Source: Takakia lepidozioides (taxonomy: Eukaryota > Plantae > Bryophyta). Taken from it: 64,000 nt of DNA. The position numbers and the translations under genes are program-made. Positions 1-11,342 of this stretch are shown here, piece after piece; position 1 is the stretch's first letter; every line of letters starts with the position of its first letter. The notes under the pieces were generated by a model. The model was not told where the DNA came from. It did no database searches and worked only from the letters and a program-made list of their open reading frames with translations. The stretch lies in assembly GCA_030704615.1 (NCBI GenBank), contig CM060734.1, forward strand, positions 45,756,001-45,820,000, given 5' to 3'.

Positions 1-265
1 GTCCACTGGATACAGAGAACCAAATATCAACCACCTCTCATGCAAACTTCCATGGGCCTGGCAGTGCACACTACAGCAGCCCCTCATAAACACAACCAAA
101 AAATGCCCACTATTGCAGGAACTGACAAGATCTTCGTCGCATTGACTCCTCCTTGTTCAGAACCCCCCAAGTGCCATGGCGATGCTGAAAATTGTCTAGG
201 GACAGGGATTGCTTAGGGCAGGTTTCCACAACCCACAGAGAGAGTGAGAGGAAGGCATTCCTTAC

Positions 266-2644
266 CTGAACATGACGGGCTCCTCCCCCTTCTCCCGCAT
301 CTTTTCTTCATACTCCTAAAATTCCCCAACATACAAGAGGAGAACAGATCATCATGTACAGAATACAACTCCATACCGACATTAAACGTAACCCAAACAG
401 ATGTTGCACCAGTCTAAGCTAAAATCTATGAAATTCTACTGACTTAGAATAAAAAGAAGGCTGGGTGAGCATGTAGTACAAGACACACAAGCAATATACA
501 TTAAGGTTAACCACTCCAACCTGGAGGACAGCCCATGTTGGATACTTTTCTTATAATGCGTCAAACAGTGAAGGACAGAGGAAAAAACAGGTGGGAGAAG
601 GGGGCCATGATGGAGCAAAACTATCTTCAGAACTCACATTCCAGTGGATTTGAAATAAAGGTAAGAATCTGCACCTTCCGCTTCTTCATGACAAGGTTCA
701 ATGTATCTTCAAGCTGCCTTTTCTTATGCCTCCGTGTTTTGTCCAGTGCCCCATCAGCCTCTGCCAGAGCAGTAACAAATAAATCAAACAATGGTAGACT
801 TGACAACCATGGCAATAACAATCACCAGAAGTTTTGGTGTGCTTGTGAAGGGGCTGAACCCTGTGATGAGCAGTTCACCCCAGTTTATAAGAGCTCCCAT
901 TGTCAATATTTGTCTAGGGCTTAGAAGCTATGTTCCTTGACAGATTCATAAAAGAGCAGTATCATAGTGCATGTCCAAAGAAGTGCGTTTTCCTTCGCTC
1001 ACTTGCTAGCGAAGGCCACAAATCACACACAGATTTTGCCTGTCAAATCCCACCTAGCAGACCAGGCTAGCAAAGCGAACGGCGAACGGGCGGTTGTTGC
1101 TCAAATGGCCAATGTCATAAACTCAACCATTTCCACCATCTGCCAACAGAAAAGGTTCACCATGATCCAACCAATTCTTAAAACTCCTTGCATGTAAACA
1201 TCTGCCTTTCTATGCACATCAGGATAAGTCAACTGTCACATTGTAAATGTAAACTCCACCTAGTTCTCTTCATCTGTATTTACTTCCCCATCTCTCACCG
1301 CATTGTCTCAGTCTCTCTTTGATTTGCAGTCCCTCTACATGTGTTATCTTCCCTCTACACCACCGGTGACACATCTTGGTCAAGAAAGGGGGCTACAGTA
1401 GCAGTGCCAATTACAACACCATGCTTTGTTGTTTTGATGTAAATGCCTCCCTTAAATCCAACAACAGCTGATTGTCATCTGCTTGTAAGAGCGCACATAT
1501 AGCTGCAGGCTAAACTGCATACCCGGTGAGTTTCAACACATAACAGCACTGGGAGGGTTAGTAACTTGCAGGGACTATGCCCTCAAGAATAAGCCAGCAT
1601 TAAGAGGGAAGGGTTAGAGAGGATAACTATCTTCCTCTCTCCTTCCAGGTCTCCCTGGCCACAGGAGTTTCCTTCTGCACCTTGCTCTGACATTATACAT
1701 GAAACAAAGGAAGATAGTGCTAAATGGGAAGAAAAAAGCACACACTCATCATTTCAAGTTTCCTGATTTGCTCCTTGATGGCATCCGGGTCCTTCTTCAG
1801 AATCCCCACCTCTCGGACCTTCTTCCTCTCCTTTTTGTTCTGTAACCAGCCAGCCAGACCAATTAATAAATAGACTCGACCAGAAATGAACAAGATTAAC
1901 CTTTGCGCCCCATCAAATGCGCTAAATTGGTGCAAGGAAGGATTTGCATCACGATGTATAAATTAAAAAGTGTAGATGAACGCACATACACAATTATTTG
2001 ACCTACATTATGCACTTCAGATAAGAGTGTACAAAAACAAGTGAACTCAGAACAATATTGCTAGGGTATTGAGCCATCACAGGCTCCATAACAGAATATT
2101 ACCTGTAACCAAATTCCACACCTCAACAGTTTGCTCAAGAGCAAAAAACAATATGCAGAGTACCAGTTCCTCGGTCAAAAGGAAACAATGATTTGGTGTC
2201 GACAAGGTGAGGTCTCTAGGGCACAAGATGGCCCAAAGGTTCTGGACACTTGGAACAACAATTCTGCTTACAGAATTTCCAGCAAGGGCCAAGACCAAAG
2301 GGGTGGGGCCATTACAATTAGTCGACCTTCTGAAAGTAAGTGACTTGCCACACTAAAGAACATAGTACTGCTCAGTACCGAGCTTCGTGTTCCAATCTCA
2401 TCTTCATACTGGAATCACATGCACTAAGATGAACATAAGAAGAGCAAGGAACCTGGCGGTGCTACTTCAGCATAACACATTGACGCAACAATAGCGAATT
2501 GCGTGTGATGCCGTCCATACTAACCAACCCAAGAACAACTTGTACGTTAGAATGACAACTCACCCGCTTCAGCTCCTTCTTGCGGAGCTCTTTGCGGTAG
2601 GCATCTGTGGGATTCATCACTTTTCCGCCTTTCGTAGTCTTCAT
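266..2644 (-). CDS. WBP11: WW domain-binding protein 11 / ELF5-like splicing factor, 5' part (exons 2564-2644, 1746-1839, 675-760, 266-315; gene continues beyond the left edge)
   Basis: Spliced translation [27 protein letters not shown]|[32 protein letters not shown]|[28 protein letters not shown]|[16 protein letters not shown] matches the conserved Wbp11 N-terminal domain. All junctions are GT-AG and in phase. Confidence 0.93.
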
Positions 2645-5557
2645 TGCGGCTGGCTCCCTCTCCCTCCTGCTATCCTTCCGGAATCAGCTTGGTTTCAAAC
2701 GTATATCATCACAGCTTCAAACAGTACCTCTGTCGTTAAACGCTTGCTATCTCTCTTTCCATCTGCACTCCACACCAAATGACGGATCGCAGAACTGAGG
2801 AGTTCCCACGAATAAGAATAACGGATGGATAAAGGGGCATGTACCCTAAGCAACCATCCTCCCGCACCGAGAATCAGTCCCGCCTCAGAAGCGCTGACAA
2901 TATCGAGGGGCGAACACAGCGAGCGCAACGCGCATTACAAAGCGGGCAGCCATGGGTAGGGTTTATTTTTATTCTTTATTCTTTTAGGGTTTCTCTCTAA
3001 CCCTCGCACGTTCAGCTTACCCTGATTTGTTTTTCTGTTTTAAATAAAAGGGGGGGAGGAAGACCTTTTTGAGGTTGTTTTTTTAAATCATGTCTCTATG
3101 GCTTCACAAGCCAGGTTATTTTTTCCTTGCATTATTAATACATTTCAGGGCCTCTGGTTGTTTTTTTTTTTTTTTTTCTCCAAGGAGACACCGTTCCACA
3201 ACAACTGGGCCTTGAGGGGGAAAAGAAAACCCCTTTCTGAGCCATGGAGGCATTACAAGGGCAAAGCCCCTGCCCGAATGTAGAGAGACAGAACCCCAAA
3301 CCCACATGCCATTGCACAAGCGTAGGCTAGAGCCCTGTGGTACTCCTCTATTCCCTTTTCAAACAAAACATGGTGGTCTAGTATCATAGACCCAAGAAAA
3401 TAGATATGTACTCTCCTTGCCAAGTGGGTTCCAAGGATATTCTCGCACATCTCTGCTCCTTGGAGCATTCTGGTTAGACAGCACCTTCTTAAGGCAACTC
3501 CTTACCCGAGCTTTGTTTGGCCTCCATCTGCACGTTAGGTAGTTCAAGGTGGCAAATCCAATGCCAAAGCCACTTCTGGCTCCAACGCCTGGAAATCCAT
3601 ATGGGCCTCGTGGACAAGCCTTCGTGGCTCTCTCATTCAAATTAAGCCCTCCACTCCGGAGAAAGCCCTCAGGCAGCCTCTCTTCGGAAACTCCAACAGG
3701 GAGTCTATTTCGCTTGATAAATGCCTAGGGGTGTACTCCAGCCAGTATGTACCAGCCACGTGCGTGCACAGGAGGGGGTATTTTAAACCCCCCCATGTAC
3801 AATATTATACATACATAGGGGGGTTTAAAACACCTTAAATATAATATTACAGGAGAGTGTTGGTAAATTATAAGGGGTAGTCTAGTGGTAAGGACGTTAT
3901 TTAGGTCGTGATATACCGCGGGATCAAATCACGGGATCATTCTTTTTGTTTGTTTTTTTTCTTCTTTCTCCCCTTCCCTCCTGCGGGCTCTCTTCTTCCT
4001 CCCCTCCTCTTCCTGGGCAGGTACAGATTTCCCCTTCCCTCTTCCCCCTGGGTTTTTTGGTGATGGCTCAGGAGCCTCTGTGCCTGAGCTGCATATTGGG
4101 TCAATTAGGTCATTCAAACACCGTGTCTTCGGTGGTATTGTTCTCTTCTGTCTCTTGGAATCTGCTCCCAGACCACCAAAAACCAAGACCCCAAATCAGA
4201 CAGCAAAGAGGGCTTACCAATGGCTGCATGGATCTTTGCACACAAAGGGCCCTTCTCAAGGAACAAATTCTCCTTTTCCTCTTGCACAACTTTGCGCATG
4301 GCCTCTGTGGTACAGCTCTCCTTGTTTGGTACTGCCAATATTGTTCCTCCTCTTCGTGCAAGAAGTGAAACCCATACAAGAAGTGAAACAACAAAGGCAT
4401 TGATACACCTCTGTAGCTACATAGAGACCCGAAACTGGTGCTTGCTCTTCTTTCATAGCAGCCACCTCCTATCCGCCTCATTCACAACCAACCACATGAC
4501 CACATCTTGGTCTCACACAGTCCACCTATTTCCACACTTTCTGGTCGATCTCCTTCACATTCTCGCCAACTTATCTCTCTCAGCAGATCTGACCAGGAAC
4601 TCACGCCACAAGGACTGCAGCTCTTAGTCTCTGGAATTCATCACTGCAGCCTGCCAATGCTAACACATACACCCCAACGAATGGCGCCATCCAGCCAACC
4701 TTGCATGCCGCTATGACCTAGACAATAGATGCATTAGAGCTTCATGACACTGCAACTGTGAGAAAGGCTCACAACAGTAACATTGTGGAAGACACTCGGA
4801 ATGCAAACAGCCCAACTGCTCATCTAACAGAATTCAAACCGTGACCCAAATCTACATTGAAGACAGATCTTTAACACTTAGCATATGCATCCCCACCCCA
4901 GTGGCTGTAAGAAGTCACTGGCAGCCAAATCTCTCAAGTACAGGCAGACTGTCAGCTGATGCATCTGCATCGTGGTTCTCCCAAACGTCAACCCTGCACT
5001 GCATATACTCACACATGCTTCAGATACCCCAAAGTGGTTGCGTTCATCTTGCTTTAACAAAAATTGTCATCTCCAGAGCAGCCTCCTCACATCGAGTGAC
5101 TAAAACCTCAACTTCTCTCGACGTCCCAGCTCATCACTAGCCCCTGTCCACTACTACCAAGAAAAAGAAGAGAATCAACTAAAACCTAAACTCATCTCTC
5201 GGCTTGATACTACTAAGAAGGAGAGAAAAAAAGCCAAAAAGAGGCCAAGTCCCAACCCTCTAATGGGCAACCCTATAAGCAACTTTTTAAAAAAATTAAA
5301 CCTTTTGGTTACCAAGCTTGCACTAAAAGTCATTCCGGCAACTATTTGGTGGCAAGCTCGTGCTGGTCAACCATTGTTGACCACCCTTCCCTCTAGTGCG
5401 GAGCCATACAGTCATGACGATGTCTACCAAAGTAGTCGCCCAGAGGACTACGTAGTCCCGTAGTCATTTCAACGACTACGTGAAGTCCTATTTGGTCCAA
5501 AAATACAGGGAAGTCATGTCAAAGTCAGGAAAACCATGACTACCGCGCCTCGGCAGT

Positions 5558-6295
5558 CACCACTTTGAAGATGGGATTTGTTCTTGTGGTGATTACTGGT
5601 GAAATGATGTCTTCTTGGAAAGATGCGAGTGTCTTGCTTCATTCATTGATCTGTGACTTAGCTACTCACACCATCCACCATTTCCCGAAAGTATTGACCA
5701 TGATGTACTGTTGAGTGCATTTCATGTGCCATAAATCCACATGAAATGATAGTGGGGTCTACCCGGCGTAGGTGGGAAATCAGCCCATAATTGCACTTGA
5801 CTGAAGGGGTGATTTTTGACTGATTCTGGTGAAAGTGGATGGAAATCAGAGTGCTGTCCTAATTCTGGGTTTGGGTGGTGGAGCTTCTCCAAAGCTTGAA
5901 GATGGAAGTGAATACGAATTTTAATGAGCTTGATGAGAGGGGCAGCCCTATGCACAAGTTTGTTCAGCATCTTAAACTTGGACATGTGTTTGTTTCTCGT
6001 GGTGTGGCTTTGGATGGAGCCCTTGATGAACTTGCATGAATATTGTCAAAAGCTAGCCTTAACCCACCAAGATCCAATCCCATGGTGGATGCTTGAAAGT
6101 TCATACAGTGAATGTAAGGGTATTTGGGTATGTTGTTATTGATTGATGCGACTTGTGAAAATTGAATGTTGAAATGCAGATCCGCCATTTTTCTTCCAGA
6201 AAAAAACAAAACACGGGATCTCTGCATGTACCACCGAGGGGATGACCCAGCCTCAGAATTCGTCGCTAGTAGTGCGGAGCAACGCGAAGCCCTAG
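5558..6295 (+). mobile_element. 3' fragment of putative composite Helitron: DYW C-terminal tip plus conserved tail
   Basis: 5558-5602 encodes [14 protein letters not shown]. The following ~700 bp closely resembles 10497-11404 and ends in GCGGAGCAACGCGAAGCC-CTAG|T. Confidence 0.6.
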
Positions 6296-6664
6296 TAGTT
6301 AATACACTAAGAGTGTCTCAAGAATGGTACCTGGGTTTAGTGGTTAATGAAGTTATTTGTGCATCATAAGGCAGAGGTTCAAACCCTGTTCCTACACCAT
6401 TCCCTTGTAGTTAGTTTATTTATTTATTTATTTCACTATTCCTTGGATAGATCCTAGAAACGAATATTAAGTAGTTAAATTCTAGCGACGACCGAAGGTC
6501 GGAAGCTAGTTTAGCATAGAGCAGGAATAGGGTGCCATAGTGTCACGTCATCGTCGCCATGTTTCGTCGCCACATCATCGTAGACACGTCATCGTCGTCA
6601 ATTTCTTTGGAACCTGCCCGAAATGCCCGAAAAGCAGCGCGGGGAAGGGCTGCCCCCGCGTGCT

Positions 6665-9600
6665 CGAGCTTCTGAAAGAGGATCGAGAGAGGGAGTCCAC
6701 AATGCCTCTTCTAGTACTTCTGCGCATGTGAAGATGATTTGTGAGGCAGGCAAACTAACAGAGGTGAGGGCGCCTTCTTCTTCGACCTATTTCAGCCTGT
6801 TTTGCCCTCTCATCAGACTCGGCCCTGAGATGCATATTGAATTTTCAAGGACTCAATGTGGTGAGGGCACCTTCTTCGACCTATTTCAGCCTGTTTTGCC
6901 CTCTCATCAGACTCGGCCCTGAGATGCATATTGAATTTTGCAAGTTAGGTCGTTGGGTAGATGGTCAACTGGAAACAGCAGCGGCAGCGGCACAAATGAT
7001 AGGACAAGGCACTGCTAATGTTCAGGCACCTTCTTCAACACATTTCACCCTGTTTTTCCCTCTTGTCAGAGTCGGCCCTAAATTTCCATTTTGAATTCTA
7101 CAAGTTAGCTGGTTGAGTGAATCTGGTTTGGAGTGACTTTGACATGATACTGCCAATGTGATAACAGGAAAGTATCCGAAAACAGGTAACAGAGAGAAGG
7201 TGTGGAATGAATACTTTGTTGACCCCAGTCAATGGTGGGACAACCGAGGCAAAAAGTCGAATCCCTGTTAGATGATTCCTAGAACAAATCTAGGCTGTCA
7301 TTGTCGGCTGCTAGCAGCAAAGCAATGATGTATGCATGAGTGGTTGAGCAAAGGGAGTCTTTGACAATGTGGCTGAATGAAATGTGGTGTCGTGGAATGC
7401 GATGATCGCAGGATATGCCCAGCATGGTTGTCAAGGTCCTCCAATTATTTGAAGGAATGCGAAAGAACGGCTTGAAGCCGGACAGTATCACCTTTATATG
7501 TGTTCTCTCTGCATGCAGCCACACTGGCCTACTGAAATCCAGATGTTGTGGTGTGGAAGGCCTTGCTTGGTGCCTGCAGAATCCATGGCAATGTGGAGAT
7601 GGCGCGACTTATGTGTTGCTATCAAACATCTATGCCGCAGCTGGCAGGTGGGATGATACTGCAAAGGTGAGAAGAATGATCACGGTCAGAGGGGTTAGAA
7701 AGGAGCCAGGAGCCAGGTCGGTGCTGCATTGAGATTGGCAACAGGGTGCACACCTTCATTGTAGATGACAAGTTGCATCCTATAATTAAGGAAATCCATG
7801 TTGAGCTGAGAAGATTGTCTAGGTGGAATGACTTTGCCAAGTAACTGCCAATGTGGCAGCATGAAAGTATCCAAAAATAGATAACAGTGTTCAACAATGT
7901 GGCTGAATGAACTGTGGTGCCGCGGAACGCCATGCTTATGCACAACAGGGGCGTGGGATGGAGGCTTTGGAGACCTATGAGTAAATGATGGTGGAAGGGG
8001 TGAAGCCTGACCACATCACGTCTGTGCGTTTGCAAGCCTGGCAGCCCTGGAAAAGGGCAAAGAGGTGCATGGTTGCATCGCAAAAGCATGAATTGTACCA
8101 GATGTGATTCTGAACAATACCATCGTGGACATGTATGCCAAATGTAGGAGGCATTTCAGCAGATTCAGATACGTTTGTCTGTCTCTTGCTTAAGTGCATC
8201 AAGATGAAAGGTCTGGAAGCTGGAAAGCAGGTGCACACTCACGTTATCCAAAGTGGATTCACGCCAAGTGTGTTTCTCCTCAACACCCTTGTCAACATGT
8301 CAAACCTGGGAGCTCTGGAAAAGGGGAAAGAAGTCCATGGTGACATCGTCAAAGCTGGAATTGTACCAGATGTCATTCTGAACACTGCCCTGGTGGACAT
8401 GTATGCCAAAAGTGGGTGCATTAAGGATGCGAAGGGAATTTTCAACACTATGGCTGAACGAGATGTGGTGTCATGGAAGACGATGCTTGCAGGGTATGCA
8501 CAGCAAGGACGTGGTATGAAGGCTTTGGAGACGTATGATCAAATGATGGGGGAAGGGGTGAAGCCCGACCACATCACATTTGTGTGCATTTGCGATGCGT
8601 GTGCAAGCCTGGCAGCTCTAGAAAAGGGCGAAAGAGGTCCATGGCGACATTGTCAAAGCTGCAATTGTACCAAGTGTCATTCTGAACAATGCCCTCGTGG
8701 ACATGTATAAAGGGAGTATTTGACAGTATGGCTGAATGAGATGTGGTGTCGTGGAGTGCGATGATTGCAGGATATGCACAGCAAGGGCGTGGGATGGAGG
8801 CTTTGGAGACCTCTGAGCAAATGTTGTGCAAAGGGGTGAAGCCCAACCGCATAACGTTTGTTTGCATTGGCAATGTGTGTGCAATCCTGGCAGCCCTGGA
8901 AAGGTGCAAAGAGGTCCATGGTGACATCGTCAAATCTGGAATTGTACCCGATGTCATTCTGAACACTGCCCTGCTGGACATGTATGTCAAATGTGAGTGT
9001 ATCGAGGATGCAAAGGTAGTGTTCAACAGTATGGCTGAATGAGATGTGGTGTCGTGGAGTGCGATGATTGTAGGATATGCACAGCAAGGATGCGGGATGG
9101 AGGCTTTGGAGACCTATGAGCAATTGATGTGCGAAGGGGTGAAGCCCAACCGCAACACATTTGTTTGTGTTTGCAATGCGTGTGCAAGCCTAGGAGCTCT
9201 GGAAAAGGGGAAAGAGGTCCATGGTGACATCGTCAAAGCTGGATTTGTACCAGATGTCATCCTGAACACTGCCCTGGTGGACATGTATGCCAAATGTGGG
9301 TGCATGAAGGATGCGAAGGGAGATTTCAAATGGCTGAACAAGATGTGGTGTCGTGGAACGCGATGCTTGCAGGGTATGCACAGCAGGGGCGTGGGATGGA
9401 GGCTTTGGAGACCTATGAGCAAATGATGGGGGAAGGGGTGAAGCCTGACTACATCACGTTTGTGTGCGTTTGCAATGCGTGTGCAAGCCTGGCAGCCCCG
9501 GAAAGGGGCAAAGAGGTTCATGGTGACATCATCACAGCTGGAATTGTACCAAATGTCATTCTGGACACTGCCCTGGTTCACTTGTATGCGAAATGTGAGT

Positions 9601-10496
9601 GCAAGGAGGATGCAAAGGGAGTATTTGACAATATGGCTGAATGAAATGTGGTGTCGTGGAATGCAATGATCGCAGGATATGCCCAGCATGGTTGTCATAG
9701 GGAGGTCCTGCAACTATTTGAAGGAATGCAAAAGAAAGGCTTGAAGCTGGACAGTATCACCTTTATATGTGTTCTCTCTGCCTGCAGCCACACTGACCTA
9801 CTGAATGAAGGAAGATGCTACTTTGATTCCCTGAGTGAAGATCATGGTATCAATCTGACAGTAAAGCACTTTGGCTGCATGGTGGACCTTCTTGGATGTG
9901 CGGGACAACTGGATGAGGCAGTGGACCTGATTAATAAAATGCCAATCAATCCAGATGTTGTGGTGTGGAAGGCCTTGCTTGGTGCCTGCAGAATCCATGG
10001 CAATGTGGAGATGGCTGAATGTGTGGCAACATCTATCCTCAAGTGGGATGAACAGGATGCCACGACTTATGTGGTGCTATATCAAACATCCATGCTGCAG
10101 CTGGCAGGTGGGATGATATTGCAAAGGTGAGAAGAATGACAAAGGTCAGAGGGTTAGAAAGGAGCCAGATAACAAATTGCATCCTAGAATTAAGGAAATC
10201 CATGTTGAGGAGAAGATTGTCTGGGCAGATGAAGGAGGCGGGGTATGTGCCTGACACACACTTTTTATTGCATGATGTGGAGGAAAGGAATTTTCTCTTA
10301 GCCACCACAGTGAGAAGCTGGCGATTGGTTTTGGGCTGATCAGCACGACTCATCAAGAATCTTTGAGTGTGTGGAGACTGCCACACCTCCACCAAATTCA
10401 TCTCAAAGATTGTTGGCCGAGCAATTGTTGTATGGGACGCTAACTACTTTCCACCACTTTGAAGATGGGATTTGTTCTTGTGGTGATTACTGGTGA
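6665..10496 (+). pseudogene. Scrambled PDF-motif / PLS-PPR-E-DYW pseudogene mosaic
   Basis: P/L/S triplets (VVSWxAMIAGYAQQG; ITFVCVCNACASL; ILNTALVDMYAKCG), P2-L2-S2-E motifs and a DYW end at 10496. A PDF half-exon lies at 7186-7256. Many frameshifts, stops and rearranged junctions. Confidence 0.9.
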
Positions 10497-10844
10497 AAGG
10501 ATGTTTTCTTGGAAAGATGCAAGTGTCTTGCTTCATTCATTGATCTGTATAGCTACTTAGATCATCCACCATTTCCTGATAGTGGGGTCTACCCGGCATA
10601 GGTAGGAAGTCAGCCCACAATTGCACTTGACTGAAGGGGTGATTTTTGACTGATTTTGGTGACAGTGGATGGAAATCAGAGTGTTGTCCTAATTCTGGGT
10701 TTGGGTGGTGGAGCTTCTCCAAAGCTTGAAGATGGAAGTGAATACGAATTTTAATGAGCTTGATGAGAGGGGCAGCCCTGTGCACAAGTTTGTTCAGCAT
10801 CTAAAATTTGGACAAGTTTGTTTGTTTCTCGTGGTGTGGCTTTG

Positions 10845-11342
10845 GATGGAGCCCTTGATGAACTTACATGAATATTGTCAAAAGCTAGCGTTAACCCATC
10901 AAGATCCAATCCCACGGTGGATGCTTGAAAGTTCATATAGTGAATGTAAGGGTATTTGGGTATATTGATATTGATTGATGTGGCTTGTGAAAATCGAACA
11001 TTGAAATGTAGATCCGCCATTTTTCTTCCAAAAAAAAACAAAACACGGGATCTCTGTATGTAACACAGTGGGGATGACCCACCTTTTTTTTGTGATGGAG
11101 CCCTTGATGAACTTACATGAATATTGTCAAAAGCTAGCATTGACCCACCAAGATCCAATCCCACGGTGGATGCTTGAAAGTTCATATAGTGAATGTAAGG
11201 GTATTTGGGTATGTTGATATTGATTGTTGCGGCTTGTGAAAATCGAACATTGAAATGCAGATCCGCCATTTTTCTTCCAGAAAAAAACAAAACACGAGAT
11301 CTTTGCATGTAACACAGTGGGGATGACCCACCCTTTTTTTGT
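10845..11342 (+). repeat. Tandem duplication (~250 bp x2) in the conserved post-DYW tail
   Basis: GATGGAGCCCTTGATGAACTTACATG...GATGACCCACC occurs twice, and is also visible as a repeated peptide in ORF 10751-11365. Confidence 0.85.

Noticed and set aside
3873-3935. tRNA gene
   Set aside because: A/B-box-like motifs only; no acceptor stem or cloverleaf.
3929-5200. Several overlapping 60-140 aa ORFs
   Set aside because: No recognisable domain or splice pattern; probably a decayed repeat.
8574-9713. Long antisense ORFs over PPR repeats (also at 56010-56792 and 62048-62877)
   Set aside because: Shadow frames of repetitive PPR coding sequence.
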